64,000 nt of DNA. It comes from Podarcis cretensis (Eukaryota). Both the position numbers and the translations under genes were made by a program. The notes under the pieces were generated by a model. That model did not search any database. It saw only the letters and a list, made by a program, of their open reading frames with translations, and was not told the DNA's origin. The stretch spans positions 41,168,001 through 41,232,000 of the forward strand of contig OX638150.1 in assembly GCA_951804945.1 (NCBI GenBank), in the 5' to 3' direction. Positions 60,401-64,000 of the stretch are shown here, in pieces. Positions within the stretch are counted from its first letter, which is position 1, and every line of letters starts with the position of its first letter.

Positions 60401-61499
60401 CAAGCAAAGAATGCAATGGAGAATTATCATGCACAGTCATGCAGTGATCACATAAACATGGCAGACTCTGGTGAGACATGGTCAGCAAAACTATGGATTC
60501 TGTTTGCGTTCTTCTGGAAAGTAACAGCACCACTTTCCACTGAAGATCATTCAAACATTTTGTGTTACTTATTACTGGAGGTTATCTTTTGAACCTGGGG
60601 TTGGCTGAAAGTTGTCTTTTCCATAGATGGTTCCCCCGCCCCCGATCCCCCTTTCTAAGTTGTATAAAGAAATGAAAGCCAAAAAGTAAGTAAAGCAGCT
60701 TTTCTAGAAAGAGATGCGTTCAGCCAGATCTGTATTGGAACCCAAGTTGGTTGAACTGTGTGGTACTGATTAAATGGAGGGAAGAGCAAGAGACATCACC
60801 AGAGTTGGGTGCTTCTTCCATTACCTGTGGTGTGGCTGGTACTCCCCCATGGCTTCCAGAAGAGCTGGTATGGAAATCTAGTGTTTCATTTCTAAAATGG
60901 GGCATGGAAGTGTCATCTTTTGAGCAGGAAGCCTATCCCTAACTTCAGATTTTGGAGAGGAGTTGCTCATGGTTCCTTGGTAGTAAAGGACTTAGTCAAG
61001 GTAAGTTCTCACTCTAATTAATCCATGGAGCAACAACAGTTGCAGGTTGGTGTTGCCACTGGAAAAACCTAGCAGTATTTCCAAGCTTCCCAGTGGGACC
61101 ACCTTTACAAGAGCAGAACATACTTATTATCTGTGATAATGAGTAACAATACCCAATTATTTCTGCTTGGGAAGGCTGGTGTCCAGTGTACTTCCTTCCT
61201 TGGTTCAAATATATGCAGAATAATTGGCTTTCTCAACATGAAGGGTGTTTTGAAGGTGAAAGAAAAATGCAGTTGCTTCAGAACTTCACAAAGGCCGTAG
61301 TTACAGCAGAAGCAAAATTCAGTACACATAAAAACAGCTTATGTTGTTGTGCTTGCTTGATTCTCCACTTCTGATCTAGTATTGTTGCTGTTTTTCATTA
61401 CTTTTCGAAACCTTAGAGGGAACAGTTGTAAGAAATATTTGCTTATTTTCAGTGGAAGATATTGTATTCCCCGAAGCTCACAGAATCACACTGCTAAGT

Positions 61500-61770
61500 A
61501 TGTAAGAGTCCTTCGGATCATACCAAAGGCCCATCCTGTCCAGCATCTTGATTTTCACCGTGACCGGTCAGATGCTTAAGAGACGCCTACAACAGAATAT
61601 GAGCACAATAATTAACTCTCACTTGTTTCCCACAGCTCTGGTATTTAGAGGTAGACTGCCTCTGATCCTGGAGTTAATCAGGATCAGCTATCCCGATTAG
61701 CAGCATTCGATAGCCTTATATCATCCATGAATTTGCCTAATCCCCTTTCAAAGCCAAGCTGATGGCAATT
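61500..61770 (-). mobile_element. Old CR1 3' end in the intergenic gap
   Basis: ggatcataccaaaggcccatc...tccagcatc...ccatgaatttgcctaatcccctttcaaag. Confidence 0.7.
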
Positions 61771-61814
61771 AGCACAACTTGTTCATCCTGTTTCAACAGA
61801 AGAGACTGGCATAA

Positions 61815-64000
61815 GGTGAGTAGAAGTTTACAAGAGTTTATTTGACAGATGTCTGGATTTAGTCCTATCAAATGGATCCTGCACAGTTACATGCTGCTCC
61901 TGGTTCAGTTGTCAGCCCATCTAACAAATAAAAGAAAACGGAGGGAGGGGGAATAAGAAAATCCACAACTTTTTTCCCACATGTCATTAAATATATTCAT
62001 ATATATAACCATAATATATTAGTATGCATTGTAAAGAAACATTGCCCCAAAACTATATGTAATAGTCATAACTAAACAACATTTACAATTCATGATATTA
62101 ACAGGAATAATCAAAACACAGCTGATTTTTTTCCCTGCGTAATAGGGAAAAGGTAAGATGATCAAGGGAATGAGCATACAATGAACCAGCTAAAACAAAA
62201 CATAAAATGGGGAGGAAGCCATTGTTCAATGCTACTCATGAGTGGTGATTGTTTTGGCATTTCAGCTGCTTCTCAGAATGGTTTGTGTTGCCCTTTTACC
62301 ATGTCAGTGTAGAGCTTGGAATGTTTCTCAAGAAGACCTTGAATGTAGTCTGCTGTGTGGCACTCCTAGAGCAGGTGCAAGGCATCAACTTCCTTTTTTT
62401 GAGATTCATTTAAATACTAAATTTGGTGGTAGTTTTACTTATTTTCTCAACTGCAAAAAAAATTTAGTTCTTTAGGAAACTACAGCTTGCCATTCTGCTT
62501 CCTAAACCACCACCTTTGCTGGGCTGTTCTTGCCGAGTTCTAGTCCCTTAAATTTTGGCTGTGAAACCAACAGGAAAGGATTATTGACCTTCTCTGTTAT
62601 GAAAGGTTGCCTAACTGAGTGTTAGCCTCTGAATAAAAAGGACAACCCTAAATGTAAGAGACAATCCTGACCATATACTACCTCCTAAGCACATTTGAAA
62701 GATTTGAAGCGCCACCAAATAAGTAGCCCCAAGTATGCTGAGGCTGTGTTGCTGTATTTCTGTTTTAGAGAAAAAAGAGAACTCCTTTTATTTCATAGTT
62801 TACTGATTGAAGCTGAAAGTCTCTCTGACTCTCCTATATGCTCATTGCAGTATACCTAGACAGGTAAATTCTTTAAATGTGGGATGTGCAAAACAAACCC
62901 TTAAGCCTGCCAGTATAGATGACAAGGAAAAGGCTTTTCTTACTAATTTGGGATGAGGAGAAAGTAATCTAAAAAATTACATTTCTGGTTAATATACAGT
63001 TTCTGAGTTCTAGCCTATTTTACATTTTGTACTATACAGTCAGCATTCTTGGTTTTCTCTATAAGCCCCACCCCCTTTGCTGCCTTTTGCTATCTTGGTG
63101 TCTCCATGCCCCTTTACAGCTCTCTAGGATATCGGTGTCCACTATGGAAGCGCAGGTCATTTTCCAGCTGTCCTATAGGGGATTGGGCAAACGGTGAGGG
63201 TATCTGTTTGTAAACATTGTTTTGAGGAATTATTTAGTGGTTATCAGTACTAATTCCCAAAACCAAACATAGAACTGGCTCCTGAATGCTCACAGGAATA
63301 TATATGTGCTGCTGTGTAGTTAAGATGCAGAACAGAACTGTCAAGGGGAAATGACATCACACCAAATCTGTATTGTAGCCAGAGAATTCCATATGGAAAG
63401 CGAGGAACGAGAGGTTTGTGTCAAGGAGAAAGATGCACTCGTCAGGCTGAGATGGATTTTTAGGAGCTTCGATTTTTCTTTCTGAATTTTCAGTCTAGGA
63501 TAAATCTTTTGTCAGACTACTAAGCACGTTATATGAAAATCAAATCGTTTTCTGTTCAATGCTGGAACACTAATGAGAACTCAGACAAAAGCCCCCCTCC
63601 TCCTCCCTGTTACCTTTAGGACACACAGAAAATATGCAGTCACTGAGCTACCCCACAGGGCACAGCTCAGAGAAGAGTCTGAACCTGACTAAGTTACAGC
63701 TTAGGCAGAGTATCTTTATACCCTGTTTTACCCAGGCTGTGTGACTTGTAAAACCCCTGCGTTCCATTGATTTTAAAATAAAAACCAGGCTTTTCGAAGG
63801 GCTCTCTGTTTTCTTTAGTGTCTAGGTTCTATATGAAAAATAGATGAAATTTTGAGAGGGGTGTTTAAAAACCTTAATAAAAAAAAATTCAACAGTAGCA
63901 AAAGTGAAGATAAACAGAGGGTTACAGTTCAGCTTTAAACCCAATTACTACTTAAAAAATGAACGTTCCATACAGGAGTACCTACCTCACCACTGATGTT
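61815..64000 (-). other. NTN1: Probable 3' UTR end of a convergent gene, likely netrin-1
   Basis: Repeat-free 2.2 kb with an AU-rich block (61960-62150) ahead of a minus-strand AATAAA. NTN1 lies tail-to-tail with STX8 in human. No coding exon is in the window, so the identity is inferred. Confidence 0.5.
61837..61842 (-). terminator. Minus-strand polyadenylation signal AATAAA of the convergent gene
   Basis: tttatt on the + strand at the end of the UTR-like block; a second candidate lies at 62787-62792. Confidence 0.5.

Noticed and set aside
479-62475. Most short ORFs in the six-frame track as genes
   Set aside because: They lack recognisable domains or splice support; the meaningful ones are LINE fragments.
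1-64000. Prokaryotic systems (operons, CRISPR arrays, defence islands)
   Set aside because: The sequence has spliced exons and vertebrate retrotransposons, and no repeat-spacer array was seen.

Overview
Vertebrate genomic DNA, not prokaryotic. The repeat content (Sauria SINEs, BovB, CR1, L2, lizard-type hAT and Tc/mariner MITEs) points to a squamate, most likely a lacertid lizard; this is inference. The only supported host coding sequence is the last three exons of syntaxin-8 (STX8, + strand: 1622-1714, 37418-37519, 58846-58913). They encode the SNARE helix and C-terminal transmembrane anchor and are separated by introns of about 35.7 kb and 21.3 kb. A repeat-free AT-rich block at the right end, with a minus-strand AATAAA, looks like the 3' UTR of a convergent gene, probably NTN1 by synteny. 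Nearly all ORF-track entries are chance ORFs or transposon fragments. The most notable signal is three minimal type I hammerhead ribozyme motifs carried by two Penelope-like insertions in the 35.7-kb intron. Two are in the sense of the STX8 pre-mRNA, and one of those lies in a 196-bp near-perfect foldback starting about 115 nt downstream of a splice donor. Several repeat-free, motif-dense intronic blocks are candidate enhancers. Repeat family names come from pattern recognition, not a database search, and boundaries of old repeats are approximate.
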